IMG/VR virus record: IMGVR_UViG_3300042009_000026
Location: 1-64,000 of that record
DNA: 64,000 bases
Origin: a virus
Lineage: Duplodnaviria > Heunggongvirae > Uroviricota > Caudoviricetes
Direction: 5' to 3' (one strand)
Part shown: piece after piece, positions 9,235 through 19,029 of the stretch
Layout: every line of letters starts with the position of its first letter
Position numbering within the stretch: the stretch's first letter is position 1
Notes under the pieces: model-generated
What the model was told of the DNA's origin: nothing
Database searches by the model: none
What the model saw: the letters and a program-made list of their open reading frames with translations, nothing else
Translations under genes and position numbers: made by a program

Positions 9235-10169
9235 TTCGCGTACGCTATGGCTACAGTCATTGTTCTTCGACTATGCCTGTTGAAATGAAACACATGCCAG
9301 GTGGTGAACTCCACCCAACGATTGACAAAGATCACTTGGATGCCAGCGAGTACACAATCTACGCTGATACCAAGAACTCCGATGATCTGTTCGCTATTGC
9401 TCTAGTAGCTAATGCGATCCGTCGCAATGCTGAAGTACCAATCAGAGCACTCTCGCTGGTAATTGGTTATGTACCTTACGCGCGCCAAGATCGTATTGTT
9501 AGTGGCGAAGGTGAAGCTCTGTCGATCGAAGTGATGGCCGATTTTATCAACATGCTGAACTTCAATGCAGTGATCATCGTAGATCCTCACAGTGATACAA
9601 CTCCGGCATTGATCCGTAATGCTAAGGTCATGTCTCAGGAAATGATCTTCAGTGAATTCTTGATCCGTGGTACGGCGGACTATGATACACGGTACGTTGC
9701 TTATAATCCATCCGAGTACATCCTGGTTTCCCCAGATGCTGGTGCAATAAAGAAGACCGAGAAACTAGCTCAGAAGTTTGGCTTTAAAGGTGTGGCGTAT
9801 GCTAACAAAACGCGTAACACACGTACCGGTAAACTCAGTGGTTGCACAGTAGACCGTGTGACTATTGATGGTGAACCAGCTAACCTAGATGCCCTGACTG
9901 GTTCGAAGCTGTTGGTAGTAGACGATATCTGTGATGGTGGCTATACATTCATCCAACTGGCCGAGGTATTGAACACCTTTACCCCAACTAGTCTGGAACT
10001 GTATGTTACACACGGCATATTCTCCAAGGGTCTCGATCCGTTGTATGAAGCAGGTTACACCCGTGTAGTTACTACCAATGCTTATGGCATGGAAGGTAGC
10101 ACGGCGTTGTATGGTTTGGAGAAAGACGAAATCGCAGCACTCAAATTCATAAAAATCGATATTGCCTAA
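9231..10169 (+). CDS. Ribose-phosphate pyrophosphokinase (Prs)-family protein; candidate NARP1 Adps (ADP-ribose pyrophosphate synthetase)
   Basis: PRPP-binding loop LLVVDDICDGGYTF; Prs-like fold order; immediately upstream of NAMPT homolog. Confidence 0.8.
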   Translation: MIRVRYGYSHCSSTMPVEMKHMPGGELHPTIDKDHLDASEYTIYADTKNSDDLFAIALVANAIRRNAEVPIRALSLVIGYVPYARQDRIVSGEGEALSIEVMADFINMLNFNAVIIVDPHSDTTPALIRNAKVMSQEMIFSEFLIRGTADYDTRYVAYNPSEYILVSPDAGAIKKTEKLAQKFGFKGVAYANKTRNTRTGKLSGCTVDRVTIDGEPANLDALTGSKLLVVDDICDGGYTFIQLAEVLNTFTPTSLELYVTHGIFSKGLDPLYEAGYTRVVTTNAYGMEGSTALYGLEKDEIAALKFIKIDIA

Positions 10170-10178
10170 GGATTCCAA

Positions 10179-11990
10179 ATGTCAATGTTTCTCAATGGCG
10201 GCACTGCTACTGACTTCTACAAACCTGGCCACGGTCCACTGTATCCAGAAGGCACTACTCGTAAGTATTCCAACTTCACCCCTCGCTCAGCGAAGAACTT
10301 CCTGCGTTCCAAAAGCTGCTCGGCTTACTACGATAACAAAGTAGTAAACTTCGGCCTGTATGGTACCTGGCAAGAACTGGTTGATCTGTGGGACAAAACT
10401 TTCTTCCAAGTATCGAAGAAGAAAGCAATCCAAGCGATCAAACGCCGTTTCGACAATGCGACTGGTCTGGATGTTATCTCCACCAAACAAATCGCAGCAT
10501 TGCACGATGTAGGCTTCCTGCCTGTGACCGTGTTGTCGATCGAAGAAGGCAACCGTGTCGACATCGGTATTCCATTGTGGGTTATCTACAACTCCGAAGA
10601 ATATCCAGAACACTACTGGCTGGTTAACTACCTGGAAACCATTACCAGTTCGTACAACTGGCAGTGCATTACCAATGCAACCATCGCTTATGAATATCGC
10701 CGTCTGTGTGAGATCTGGGCAGAGAAGACTTGCGATAATAACGATCACGTCAAGATCCAAGGTCATGACTTTTCGTTCCGTGGTATGCCTGGTCCAGAAG
10801 CAGCTGGTCGTTCGAACGCTGGCCACTTGGCTTCGTTCTGGGGTACTGATACTATCCCAGCGATCGATTATATCGAACGTTTGTACAATGCCAACTCGGA
10901 CAAAGAAATCCTGGGTGTATCGGTTACTGCTACTGAACACGCTGTAGCAACTGCAAACATCCTGTCCCGTCTGAAGCACAAGATCCGTGCGCTGCCTGAA
11001 GACACCGTCATTTCTGGTGAAATGATCGACCTGCTTAAGCTCGAATGTGAGCGTGAGTATATCCTGGAAATCATCCTGGTTAAAGTGAGCAAGGGTATTA
11101 TCTCCCTGGTTTGTGATAGCTTTGACTTCTGGGGTGTTATCGAATCTGTATTGCCTTCGCTGCGTGCAGAAATCGAAAGCCGTATCAAGAATGAACTCGG
11201 TCTGGCTAAGGTCGTTGTTCGTCCTGATTCGGGGAATCCAGTTCACGTGATCTGTGGTTTCAAACTGGTCGAATATGAGTCGATGAAAGCATTCGAAGAT
11301 GCATTGCAAGCGTATGGCCTGTGTGCAGTTGAAGGTGAAGCAATTCGTATCGGCGATAAGTACTACGAGTTGAATGCGTTCAATCCTGGTGCTTATGTGG
11401 AGACTCAAGACTTCCTTGGTCGTGAGATGAAACGTGTTGAAGCACTGGGTGCTATCGAATCCCTGTGGGAATCTTTCGGCGGTCACGTAAACGGTAAGGG
11501 CTATAAAGTCCTGAACGAATACATCGGTCTGATCTATGGTGACTCGATCACTGTGGAACGTACCGAACAGATCTTCGAACGCCTGGCTGAGAAAGGCTTC
11601 GCTTCGTCGAACGTCGTTCTGGGTATCGGTTCGTTCACTTACCAGTACAACACTCGCGATACCTTCGGCATGGCTATGAAGGCAACTGCGTGTGAAGTGC
11701 AGGATGAACTGATCGAACTGTACAAAGATCCAAAAACTGCTGCATCCAAGAAGTCTGCTAAAGGCTTCCTGCGTGTACTGAAAGATGCTGATGGGAACTA
11801 TAGCCTCGAACAAGAAGTAGAAATGGATTGGAAAGATCTGTTCTATGGTTCGGGTGAACTGAAGCCTCTGTTCCATAATGGCAAGTTCCAGCGTCAAGAG
11901 TTCTTCGGTGATGTACGTAACCGTATCGATGCTACTTTCGTAGTAGCGAATGACGATGATGGTTTCGACCCTATTGAAGAAGCGGCATAA
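10179..11990 (+). CDS. Nicotinamide phosphoribosyltransferase (NAMPT/NadV)-family protein, 603 aa; candidate NARP1 Namat
   Basis: N-terminal TDFYKPGHGPLYPEGT resembles NAMPT TDSYK...YP start; GTDTIPAIDYIERL region; length extended vs canonical NAMPT; antisense 536-aa ORF is artefact. Confidence 0.8.
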   Translation: MSMFLNGGTATDFYKPGHGPLYPEGTTRKYSNFTPRSAKNFLRSKSCSAYYDNKVVNFGLYGTWQELVDLWDKTFFQVSKKKAIQAIKRRFDNATGLDVISTKQIAALHDVGFLPVTVLSIEEGNRVDIGIPLWVIYNSEEYPEHYWLVNYLETITSSYNWQCITNATIAYEYRRLCEIWAEKTCDNNDHVKIQGHDFSFRGMPGPEAAGRSNAGHLASFWGTDTIPAIDYIERLYNANSDKEILGVSVTATEHAVATANILSRLKHKIRALPEDTVISGEMIDLLKLECEREYILEIILVKVSKGIISLVCDSFDFWGVIESVLPSLRAEIESRIKNELGLAKVVVRPDSGNPVHVICGFKLVEYESMKAFEDALQAYGLCAVEGEAIRIGDKYYELNAFNPGAYVETQDFLGREMKRVEALGAIESLWESFGGHVNGKGYKVLNEYIGLIYGDSITVERTEQIFERLAEKGFASSNVVLGIGSFTYQYNTRDTFGMAMKATACEVQDELIELYKDPKTAASKKSAKGFLRVLKDADGNYSLEQEVEMDWKDLFYGSGELKPLFHNGKFQRQEFFGDVRNRIDATFVVANDDDGFDPIEEAA

Positions 11991-11996
11991 TCGGAC

Positions 11997-12031
11997 GGGG
12001 ACCTTCGGGTCCCCATCCTATTTTCTTTTTT
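11997..12031 (+). terminator. Intrinsic terminator GGGGACC-TTCG-GGTCCCC + TTTTCTTTTTT
   Basis: Seen directly. Confidence 0.8.
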
Positions 12032-12045
12032 GTTGGAGTATGTAA

Positions 12046-12654
12046 ATGAGTTGCTGTGCAGGTTGTGATGATAACAATGTTGAGCGCGAACAATTCCAAG
12101 TGACCTATAACTGGAATAATTTCGAAACCAACATCAAAGAACTAATCGGCAAGGATGTCAAGTTTGTAAATGGTTTGGTGATGACTGAAGACAATGCCTA
12201 TCCTAAAGGTAGCATTCGGACGGAGATGACCTCTGTGGGTGAAAACCATCGGGTGTCCATCTACCGTAACAAACTTCCTTTTGATGAACTCATGGTCACT
12301 ATTCAATTCAATGAGAAGAGTGGGGACGTCAAAACAAACATCTATTGCCTGACAGCCCCTTTCGTCAAAGTCGAGTTGACCCTTACCCGAGTCAAAGAAA
12401 AACAAGCATTGTTTACTCAGCTCGCAACTGGTATCTATCGTGTTACTTCAATAGGTGGTTTCTATGAGCTATTCGAGAAATACTTGGTAATGGGTCAAGA
12501 CCTGGCACATGCCGAAGGCCAGATCCCTAGCATCCATGACAAAGACCAATGGCCGGTAATGGCTATCTTCAATAATCATTCTCCTCTGTTGTCTACGCGT
12601 AATGCCACTGTCATCAATATCCCCAACTGGAAGAATGACGCAGTTTGGCAATAG
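12046..12654 (+). CDS. hypothetical protein (202 aa) with N-terminal Cys cluster MSCCAGCDD
   Basis: ORF; GGAGTATGTAA RBS. Confidence 0.55.
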   Translation: MSCCAGCDDNNVEREQFQVTYNWNNFETNIKELIGKDVKFVNGLVMTEDNAYPKGSIRTEMTSVGENHRVSIYRNKLPFDELMVTIQFNEKSGDVKTNIYCLTAPFVKVELTLTRVKEKQALFTQLATGIYRVTSIGGFYELFEKYLVMGQDLAHAEGQIPSIHDKDQWPVMAIFNNHSPLLSTRNATVINIPNWKNDAVWQ

Positions 12655-12678
12655 TGTGTAATTAATCGGAGAGCTTTA

Positions 12679-14094
12679 ATGAAAGAATATTTGTCGATGC
12701 AACGTGAAGTACTGGAACGTGGTGTTCCTAAGGGTGACCGGACTGGGACTGGTACTATCTCTGCACCTGGTGTTAGTCGTACTTATGACATCAGTGGTAA
12801 TAAGTTAGCTGCAACATCTACCAAAAAGATCCATATCAAAACTGGTCAAGTCGAAGAAGACTGGATGCTATCCGGTGACACGCGACTGAAGTTCTTGAAA
12901 GACAACAACTGCAATATCTGGGATGAGTGGGTTCTTAAAGGCACTGGTATTTATCGTACCCGTACCGTCAAAGAAATGCGGCGAGTTTATACCCGTAACC
13001 ATTTCGGTTGGGCTGTGCCGACCATTTTAGATCCTAGTGCTACACCTGGTGAAACTGATGTTTGGAAGTTGGTCTATGATGGAGAAGATCTTTCGATCTG
13101 GGAATACCCCGCTGCAGCTGATGTAAAAGCACATCATGGCATCCAAGATAAATCCAAAGACAGTAAAAACTGGATGAATTGGTTTGAAAGAGAAGATCCA
13201 ATTTGGATTCGGTTTTATTCCGCACTAGGGATTTCCGATCAAGAAGTTGTAGATGGTGAACTCGGGAAAGTCTATGGCGAGATGTTCCGTAACATCGAAG
13301 ACACTCGTTTAGTTAAACCAGAAGAAGTAGATAGTTTTCTTCTGCGTGGTTTCAAGAACTGCGGGCCATTAGTAAATAGTGATCAATATGTGGTTACTCG
13401 CAATATCGATCAGGTTGCTAACCTGCTACATGACTTGGAACATAATCCGGATTCACGTCGTTTGATTCTGTGTCCATGGAATCCTGCATATGTAGATGAA
13501 CAGGCTTTGCCCCCATGCCATTCATTCATCCAGTTCTGGACACGTGAACTGACACCAGAACAGCGTTACCATATCTACTGTGCGCAGTATAAACGCGAAC
13601 AGAAAGAACTGCTGGAAGACATCGCTAAACGTAGTCGTGCTGACATCTATACTGCACATGTACCGTACCCATTGTCGTGCTTTGTTGAAGCCACTGATCG
13701 GGATATCGACTTCGATGAGTTTAAGTTACATACTTACTTGGATGAGCTCGATGTACCTCGCCGCGGTTTGACTTGCATTGTCTACATGCGATCTAACGAT
13801 GTTTTCTTGGGTGCGCCTTACAACCTGACATTTTATTCTTCGTTGACTCACAAACTGGCACACCAGTTTAACATGTATGGTGAGAAGTTGGTTCACTTTG
13901 TTGGTGATGCCCATATCTACCAGAACCATTTGGAACAAGTTGCAGAACAGCAGACCCGTACACCAGATCGGGACATGCCACGTCTGAAGATTAATGTGCC
14001 TAAAGGTACTTCGATCCTTGATATGAAGTTCACTGACTTGGAAGTAATCGGTTACAACCCTCAGGCGGCTATTGAAGCACCTGTAGCTGTCTAA
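12679..14094 (+). CDS. Thymidylate synthase (ThyA) family enzyme, dUMP-type, with two large insertions (471 aa vs ~264 aa)
   Basis: MKEYLSMQREVLERGVPKGDRTGTGT (ThyA N-term), NIWDEW, LPPCHSF catalytic Cys, RSNDVFLGAPYNL (Asn retained = dUMP specificity), DAHIYQNH, C-term IGYNPQAAIEAPVAV. Confidence 0.85.
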   Translation: MKEYLSMQREVLERGVPKGDRTGTGTISAPGVSRTYDISGNKLAATSTKKIHIKTGQVEEDWMLSGDTRLKFLKDNNCNIWDEWVLKGTGIYRTRTVKEMRRVYTRNHFGWAVPTILDPSATPGETDVWKLVYDGEDLSIWEYPAAADVKAHHGIQDKSKDSKNWMNWFEREDPIWIRFYSALGISDQEVVDGELGKVYGEMFRNIEDTRLVKPEEVDSFLLRGFKNCGPLVNSDQYVVTRNIDQVANLLHDLEHNPDSRRLILCPWNPAYVDEQALPPCHSFIQFWTRELTPEQRYHIYCAQYKREQKELLEDIAKRSRADIYTAHVPYPLSCFVEATDRDIDFDEFKLHTYLDELDVPRRGLTCIVYMRSNDVFLGAPYNLTFYSSLTHKLAHQFNMYGEKLVHFVGDAHIYQNHLEQVAEQQTRTPDRDMPRLKINVPKGTSILDMKFTDLEVIGYNPQAAIEAPVAV

Positions 14095-14104
14095 CAACAT
14101 AATG

Positions 14105-14127
14105 CCTCCCTTTGGGGAGGTTTTTAT
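14105..14127 (+). terminator. Hairpin CCTCCC-TTTG-GGGAGG + TTTTTATT
   Basis: Seen directly. Confidence 0.6.
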
Positions 14128-14139
14128 TCCGGAGTTATT

Positions 14140-14397
14140 ATGCAACAGAATGTAATCATTGCTGTAAGCTTCCCGATCATGGGTCGAGATAGCGTAAAGT
14201 TCGTTCAAGAGATCAAGAATGATAAAGGAGCGGTTACTATCGTCTCTGTTAATACTGCTGACCAAGCACAACTTTTTGGCGGTGAGGTAGGGGCAGTTAC
14301 AGAGTTCTTAAACTACCACGTTAAGCCTACTATGGAGAATACCTGGAAGTTTAATTCTGTGGACACAACTAAAATAAAAGCTGAGGTACCAGCATGA
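14140..14397 (+). CDS. hypothetical protein (85 aa)
   Basis: ORF. Confidence 0.45.
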   Translation: MQQNVIIAVSFPIMGRDSVKFVQEIKNDKGAVTIVSVNTADQAQLFGGEVGAVTEFLNYHVKPTMENTWKFNSVDTTKIKAEVPA

Positions 14398-14903
14398 GTT
14401 TTCGTCGTGAGCTGTCTATTGAAGAACGTTGTGCATTCAGTAATTTGTTGGGTGATCAACGGCTAACCGATATTCCGTCGCGTTATACCCCTACAAGCAT
14501 TCGTTCACTTGGTGTGTTTACTAAAGAAGGCATGACCGTCGAAGCAATGCATACTCGACTGGATCAGGAAGAAGTTCCTCGTTATACGGATAACCCATAC
14601 CCAGAATTTGAAGTAGCTGACTTCATTCAAGCCGCCAATGGCCGATTGTATGCACTTCAATTGCAGGACAATGGTAGTATCAAATATACCCATCATGGCT
14701 ACGTTGAAACAATGCTGGCCAAGGCATTGCTAGGCCACCTGGTAAAAGATGGCAACAACTTGGTGTATCGTCGTGTAGATGATGATGTGCAAGTCCTATT
14801 GACGATTCGTCCCGGTGATTTCTTGATGCGGCGTATGGCTGATATGAACACTTATGCCTATTGGCTGGCTGAACGTGATGGTGAAACTGAGGAAGCAGAG
14901 TAA
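14394..14903 (+). CDS. hypothetical protein (169 aa)
   Basis: ATGA-coupled ORF. Confidence 0.55.
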   Translation: MSFRRELSIEERCAFSNLLGDQRLTDIPSRYTPTSIRSLGVFTKEGMTVEAMHTRLDQEEVPRYTDNPYPEFEVADFIQAANGRLYALQLQDNGSIKYTHHGYVETMLAKALLGHLVKDGNNLVYRRVDDDVQVLLTIRPGDFLMRRMADMNTYAYWLAERDGETEEAE

Positions 14904-15329
14904 ATGCATCAAATAAAAATTGAGCTGTCCAAGAAAGCAGAAGGCTTTAAAGAAGCTCTCGAAGTATATATCAAGCGTTATACCTCAACAGGTATGCAGG
15001 TAGAGTTCGGTACGCCTAATCTGGCGCCGTATAAGGACGCCAAACGTCGTCTGTGGCGTTTGCGCCAAGTGAATCCAGCGAATGTATGCGCTGTGCTTAA
15101 AAGCCCCGTATACAACGAATTAGACAACACGTATACCTTTACGGTTCATCCGGATGGTGGGCGGCGTGATGTACTGGATGCCTATAATGAAGAACTCATG
15201 ATAGGTACCCGACTGATGAAAGACAAAAATGGCAAGGTAATTGAAATCATGCAAATCGATTTCATCCTGGCTAATGATCACATTGATACTGAACATGAAG
15301 AGTTCGGTAAAGAGAAGAAAAAGAAATGA
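14904..15329 (+). CDS. hypothetical protein (141 aa)
   Basis: TAAATG-coupled ORF. Confidence 0.55.
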   Translation: MHQIKIELSKKAEGFKEALEVYIKRYTSTGMQVEFGTPNLAPYKDAKRRLWRLRQVNPANVCAVLKSPVYNELDNTYTFTVHPDGGRRDVLDAYNEELMIGTRLMKDKNGKVIEIMQIDFILANDHIDTEHEEFGKEKKKK

Positions 15330-15601
15330 ACACATTGCTTAAGGTCGCGCTCATTCTGTACTTTCAGGTGTCATGGCTGGTATGTTGGCCATTCATGAAA
15401 CGTACTCGCTATACCACAACAGCGGCTAAACTCAACCGTATTCCGAATATGGGTTATGGTTGTGGTGAAATCATCAAATTGTTGAATCGGGACTATGGGA
15501 GCGAAATGGAGGTCGAAGTACTCGGTGCACCTCGGTTCCGTTATGATCGCTTCCGTTGGACATTCCGTTATACTGACTGTACCATCGTTGTAACTGAATA
15601 A
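15326..15601 (+). CDS. hypothetical protein (91 aa)
   Basis: ATGA-coupled ORF. Confidence 0.45.
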   Translation: MNTLLKVALILYFQVSWLVCWPFMKRTRYTTTAAKLNRIPNMGYGCGEIIKLLNRDYGSEMEVEVLGAPRFRYDRFRWTFRYTDCTIVVTE

Positions 15602-15670
15602 AAATATACCCGTGTTGATTATTGATTGCAGTGAAGTCTGCTGCTTTCAATAATCCACGAGGTGTATTCA

Positions 15671-17035
15671 ATGACTCAAGAAGTTGCTATAGCTGTAACC
15701 CCTGAACCTATCGTTCAGAAAGAAATTAAAGAAGGTTTCGGTGTTGTCGAGAAAGACCGGAAACTTGCACGTATCGTTATTATCGATGACGTAATTAAAC
15801 ACCCTAATGCCGATGCACTGGAACTCGCTGTAATTGGTGGCTGGCAGCTCTGTGTTAAATTGGGCGAATACAAGAAAGGCGATCGGGCAGTCTACTGTGA
15901 AATCGATTCCCTTTTGCCACTATCGAACATTGAACTATTCGGTTTCCTGGAAGAACGACGTTCTGATAACCGTCGTGTAGATGGTGTGAACTATCACCGT
16001 CTGAAGACTATCAAACTGCGTAAAGAAATCTCGCAAGGTTTGCTGGTTCCTGTTCCGAATAAATTCAAAGATGCTCCAGTCGATACCAACCTGACTTTGG
16101 AACTCGGTATCCTCAAGTACGAAGCACGCGCCCCAATGGAACCAGGTTCGAAAGAAGCCCGTGGATCTGATTGGTACTCGCGTTTGGTCCGCCGTATCCT
16201 GGGGAACATTGGTGGTACACTGCTACCATGGCCTGCCCAATTGATGAAGTCTGACCAGGATCGTGTACAGAACAAAACTGTTGCTTTCGCTACAGCTCAG
16301 GAAGAAGGTGAAGAGTTCGAAGTCACCTACAAACTCGATGGCCAATCGATGACTGTTTTCTGTATCGATGACAACGGTATTCGTACTGGTGTCTGCTCCC
16401 GTAACTACGAACTGGGTATCGGTGGCGGCAAATGGACTTTCGCTGAACAGGTCCGTTACTGGGTTGGTACATTCCTGGTGCGTAACCGTAGGATTCTCTC
16501 TTGGAAGAAAACCAAGAATGAGGAAGGCGATGTCAAGTTTAAGATTCGCTGGAATGGTGTGATCATCCCTGAGTGGAAAGCCAAGACTGAAGGTGGCGAT
16601 AACAACTATACCCGTACTGTTGCTAAGTACGGCATCATCGAGAAGTTGAAAGCTTACCAAGCTCGTACTGGTGAATTCATCAGCCTGCAAGGCGAACAGA
16701 TCGGTCCAGATATCCAATCTGGTTTCGAAGGTGTAGAAGAGCACGAATACCATGTCTTCAACGTATACCGCAATGGTAACGAAGAAGTACTGCCAGAAGA
16801 AGCTCGCGCAATCGTGGCTGAACTCGGTCTGACATACGTTCCAGTAATGCACGAACGTTTCGTAATCCCGAAAGAATGGACTGTTAAAGATATCTTGGCT
16901 ATGGCTGAAGGTCAACGTGCTTTCAATCAGAAGAAAGGTACCTACCGTGAAGGTGTCGTATTCAAGTCGCTGAAACGAGTAATGTCGTGGAAAGCAATTT
17001 CTACGGCATATTTGCTTAAAGTCAAAGACGAGTAA
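15671..17035 (+). CDS. ATP-dependent RNA ligase with N-terminal tRNA-binding-like (Myf/EMAP-type OB) domain
   Basis: N-term VIKHPNADALELAVIGG...GDRAVYCEIDSLLP resembles tRNA_bind OB domain; nucleotidyltransferase motif I TYKLDGQSMTVF (KxDG); GAGGTG RBS before ATG 15671. Confidence 0.7.
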   Translation: MTQEVAIAVTPEPIVQKEIKEGFGVVEKDRKLARIVIIDDVIKHPNADALELAVIGGWQLCVKLGEYKKGDRAVYCEIDSLLPLSNIELFGFLEERRSDNRRVDGVNYHRLKTIKLRKEISQGLLVPVPNKFKDAPVDTNLTLELGILKYEARAPMEPGSKEARGSDWYSRLVRRILGNIGGTLLPWPAQLMKSDQDRVQNKTVAFATAQEEGEEFEVTYKLDGQSMTVFCIDDNGIRTGVCSRNYELGIGGGKWTFAEQVRYWVGTFLVRNRRILSWKKTKNEEGDVKFKIRWNGVIIPEWKAKTEGGDNNYTRTVAKYGIIEKLKAYQARTGEFISLQGEQIGPDIQSGFEGVEEHEYHVFNVYRNGNEEVLPEEARAIVAELGLTYVPVMHERFVIPKEWTVKDILAMAEGQRAFNQKKGTYREGVVFKSLKRVMSWKAISTAYLLKVKDE

Positions 17036-17087
17036 TCAAACATATCTGAAACCTGTATCACTAGTGGGTAATTGAAGGAGGGGTCTA

Positions 17088-17900
17088 ATGATAACCCTAT
17101 ACATCAAGACCCATCTAGTGACGGGTCTCAAATATTTTGGTAAGACCGAGAAACGGGATATCTACCGTTACAAAGGGTCTGGTAAAAGATGGTTACGCCA
17201 TCTGGCTGTACATGGTAATCACGTACACACTGAAATTGCAGCTCAATTTGAAGATATCGACAAAGCCACAGAATTTGGAATAAAATTCTCGATGGAGAAC
17301 AACATTGTGGAATCTCCAGAATGGGCCAACCTAATAGTGGAATGTGGCATAGGTGGAGCTAACTTCGGGTCTACTCTAAATGACCCATTGGGAATAGTTA
17401 GAGAAAAGATTTCTGATGCTTCTACAAAGATGTGGCAGAATGAAGAAAAACGTAACCGTATTGTGGCGACACATAAGAAGCGTTGGACTCCAGAGCTGAA
17501 AGAAAAGAATAGCGTTATGATGAAAGGCCTTTGGACGGATGAACGTAAACAGGCACAATCCCGACTATCTAAGCGTCTAGCAGCAGAGGGTAAAATCTCA
17601 GCAGCGCCTATTCTTATCCCTAAAACAGTTGCCCATAAGAAAGCCATTGCTGCCGCATTAAAAGGAAAAGAGAAGTCATTAGAGCATCGCCTAAATCTAA
17701 GTTGGATGAGGATAGGTGGGGCTGATGGGTTCACCAATTACTTGGATTATGCAAAGTACTGCTACGAAAGATACCATATCGGTATATCTGGCCCGATGAT
17801 TGCTAGAGATACCAATACCGGTAATACCGCGGTATATAAGGCTATCAAATGGTGGCCAGAGCTTTCTACGAGCTATCTGTTGAAGAAATCTGACGAATAA
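17088..17900 (+). mobile_element. GIY-YIG homing endonuclease (free-standing HEG, 270 aa)
   Basis: LYIKTHLVTGLKYFGKTEKRDIYRYKGSGKRW (GIY-YIG), C-terminal basic/helix-rich DNA-binding region. Confidence 0.75.
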
Positions 17901-17906
17901 TCCTAA

Positions 17907-17924
17907 ATGGGCCTTCGGGTCCAT
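17907..17924 (+). promoter_or_regulatory. GC/UUCG hairpin + TTATGCC
   Basis: Hairpin family member. Confidence 0.5.
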
Positions 17925-17942
17925 TTATGCCATGGTGACTAG

Positions 17943-18302
17943 ATGATCTACGACTTAATTGGTAATCAGGTTCACTCTGCACCAAAACCCCATCAAGTTA
18001 AATACACAGAAGGAAATAATGTGTCTCAGTTCTATACCAAAGGCAATGGTCGTGAAGTGACAGCTGTAATGAAAGCATTGGTTCCAGATACGTTTACCTG
18101 TATCCAAGAGATCCTTGCTAGCCTGTCCCAAAGTGTTTCAGATACATTCAAGGTATCTATCTGCCAGAAGAAACACTTCTTTAGTCGTCAGGTGTGGGAA
18201 TACGCCGATGTGCGTAACTACAGCGGAGATATTATTTTCGAATCGAAACGCCAGATAGTTCAAAAACCCAAACCGTTTAATATAGCCCAAGTTGTAGGCT
18301 AA
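17943..18302 (+). CDS. hypothetical protein (119 aa)
   Basis: ORF. Confidence 0.45.
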   Translation: MIYDLIGNQVHSAPKPHQVKYTEGNNVSQFYTKGNGREVTAVMKALVPDTFTCIQEILASLSQSVSDTFKVSICQKKHFFSRQVWEYADVRNYSGDIIFESKRQIVQKPKPFNIAQVVG

Positions 18303-18537
18303 TAATAAAGAGATCTAACCGTGAAACGTTTGCTAACTATTGCTTTCGCCGTGCTTATTGGTGCTATCCTGGTGGCTGGTACTTTCGTTCAAATGCAACT
18401 AACGGTTATCAAAACACATCAATTGGAATCGAAATGAAAAAGCTTTGTATACTCTGGATGGCATTGCTAATGTCGTCCTGTGTTGCTAGCCCGTCTTATG
18501 CGGCATGTGCAGCTAAAGCTACAATGGAGGAAAGTAA

Positions 18538-18960
18538 ATGATTGAACCAAAAGTAATTCGTAGGGTCACTACCCGTGCAGTGATCACTGATAAAACTGGC
18601 CGTAATTACGAAGGCCTCCAATTAGGTCATGCTGAACGTTGTGGTAATAATGAACTGGATGGTATTCCATTCTACCTAACCACAGATGCCAAGCTCTGGT
18701 CTGATGATCAAATGGCACTGTTTGGTAAGTATATACGTGGTGCTGATGCCGCTGTTGATTACGCAGTTTGGGAAGTGACCCATGGCGACAATGAACAATA
18801 CAAAACTGTGGTATATCCCGGTGACCTCATTCTTTTCGTTGATGGCAAAATTATACCAATCATTGGTGAACAAGTCAACCTTCTATTCGATGTTACCACC
18901 TATCAAGTCGAAATTCCTGTTGAACCAGATCCAGAACAACACGTGGATAAAGCTACATAA
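18538..18960 (+). CDS. hypothetical protein (140 aa)
   Basis: ORF with GGAGGAAAG RBS; two tiny hydrophobic ORFs (18321-18437 GTG start; 18434-18541 lipoprotein-like) precede it. Confidence 0.5.
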   Translation: MIEPKVIRRVTTRAVITDKTGRNYEGLQLGHAERCGNNELDGIPFYLTTDAKLWSDDQMALFGKYIRGADAAVDYAVWEVTHGDNEQYKTVVYPGDLILFVDGKIIPIIGEQVNLLFDVTTYQVEIPVEPDPEQHVDKAT

Positions 18961-19029
18961 CTCTGGTGGTGTTCGATTGGCTTTCCATTGGGCCTGAATA
19001 TAAACATTCTCTTTTCGAGGTAATCAAAA

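Noticed and set aside
10287-11897. 536-aa minus-strand ORF inside the NAMPT-like gene
   Set aside because: Lies entirely antisense to a well-supported plus-strand gene with clear NAMPT motifs; low-complexity translation; typical antisense artefact
16223-16915. 230-aa minus ORF within RNA ligase gene
   Set aside because: Antisense to ORF carrying KxDG ligase motif
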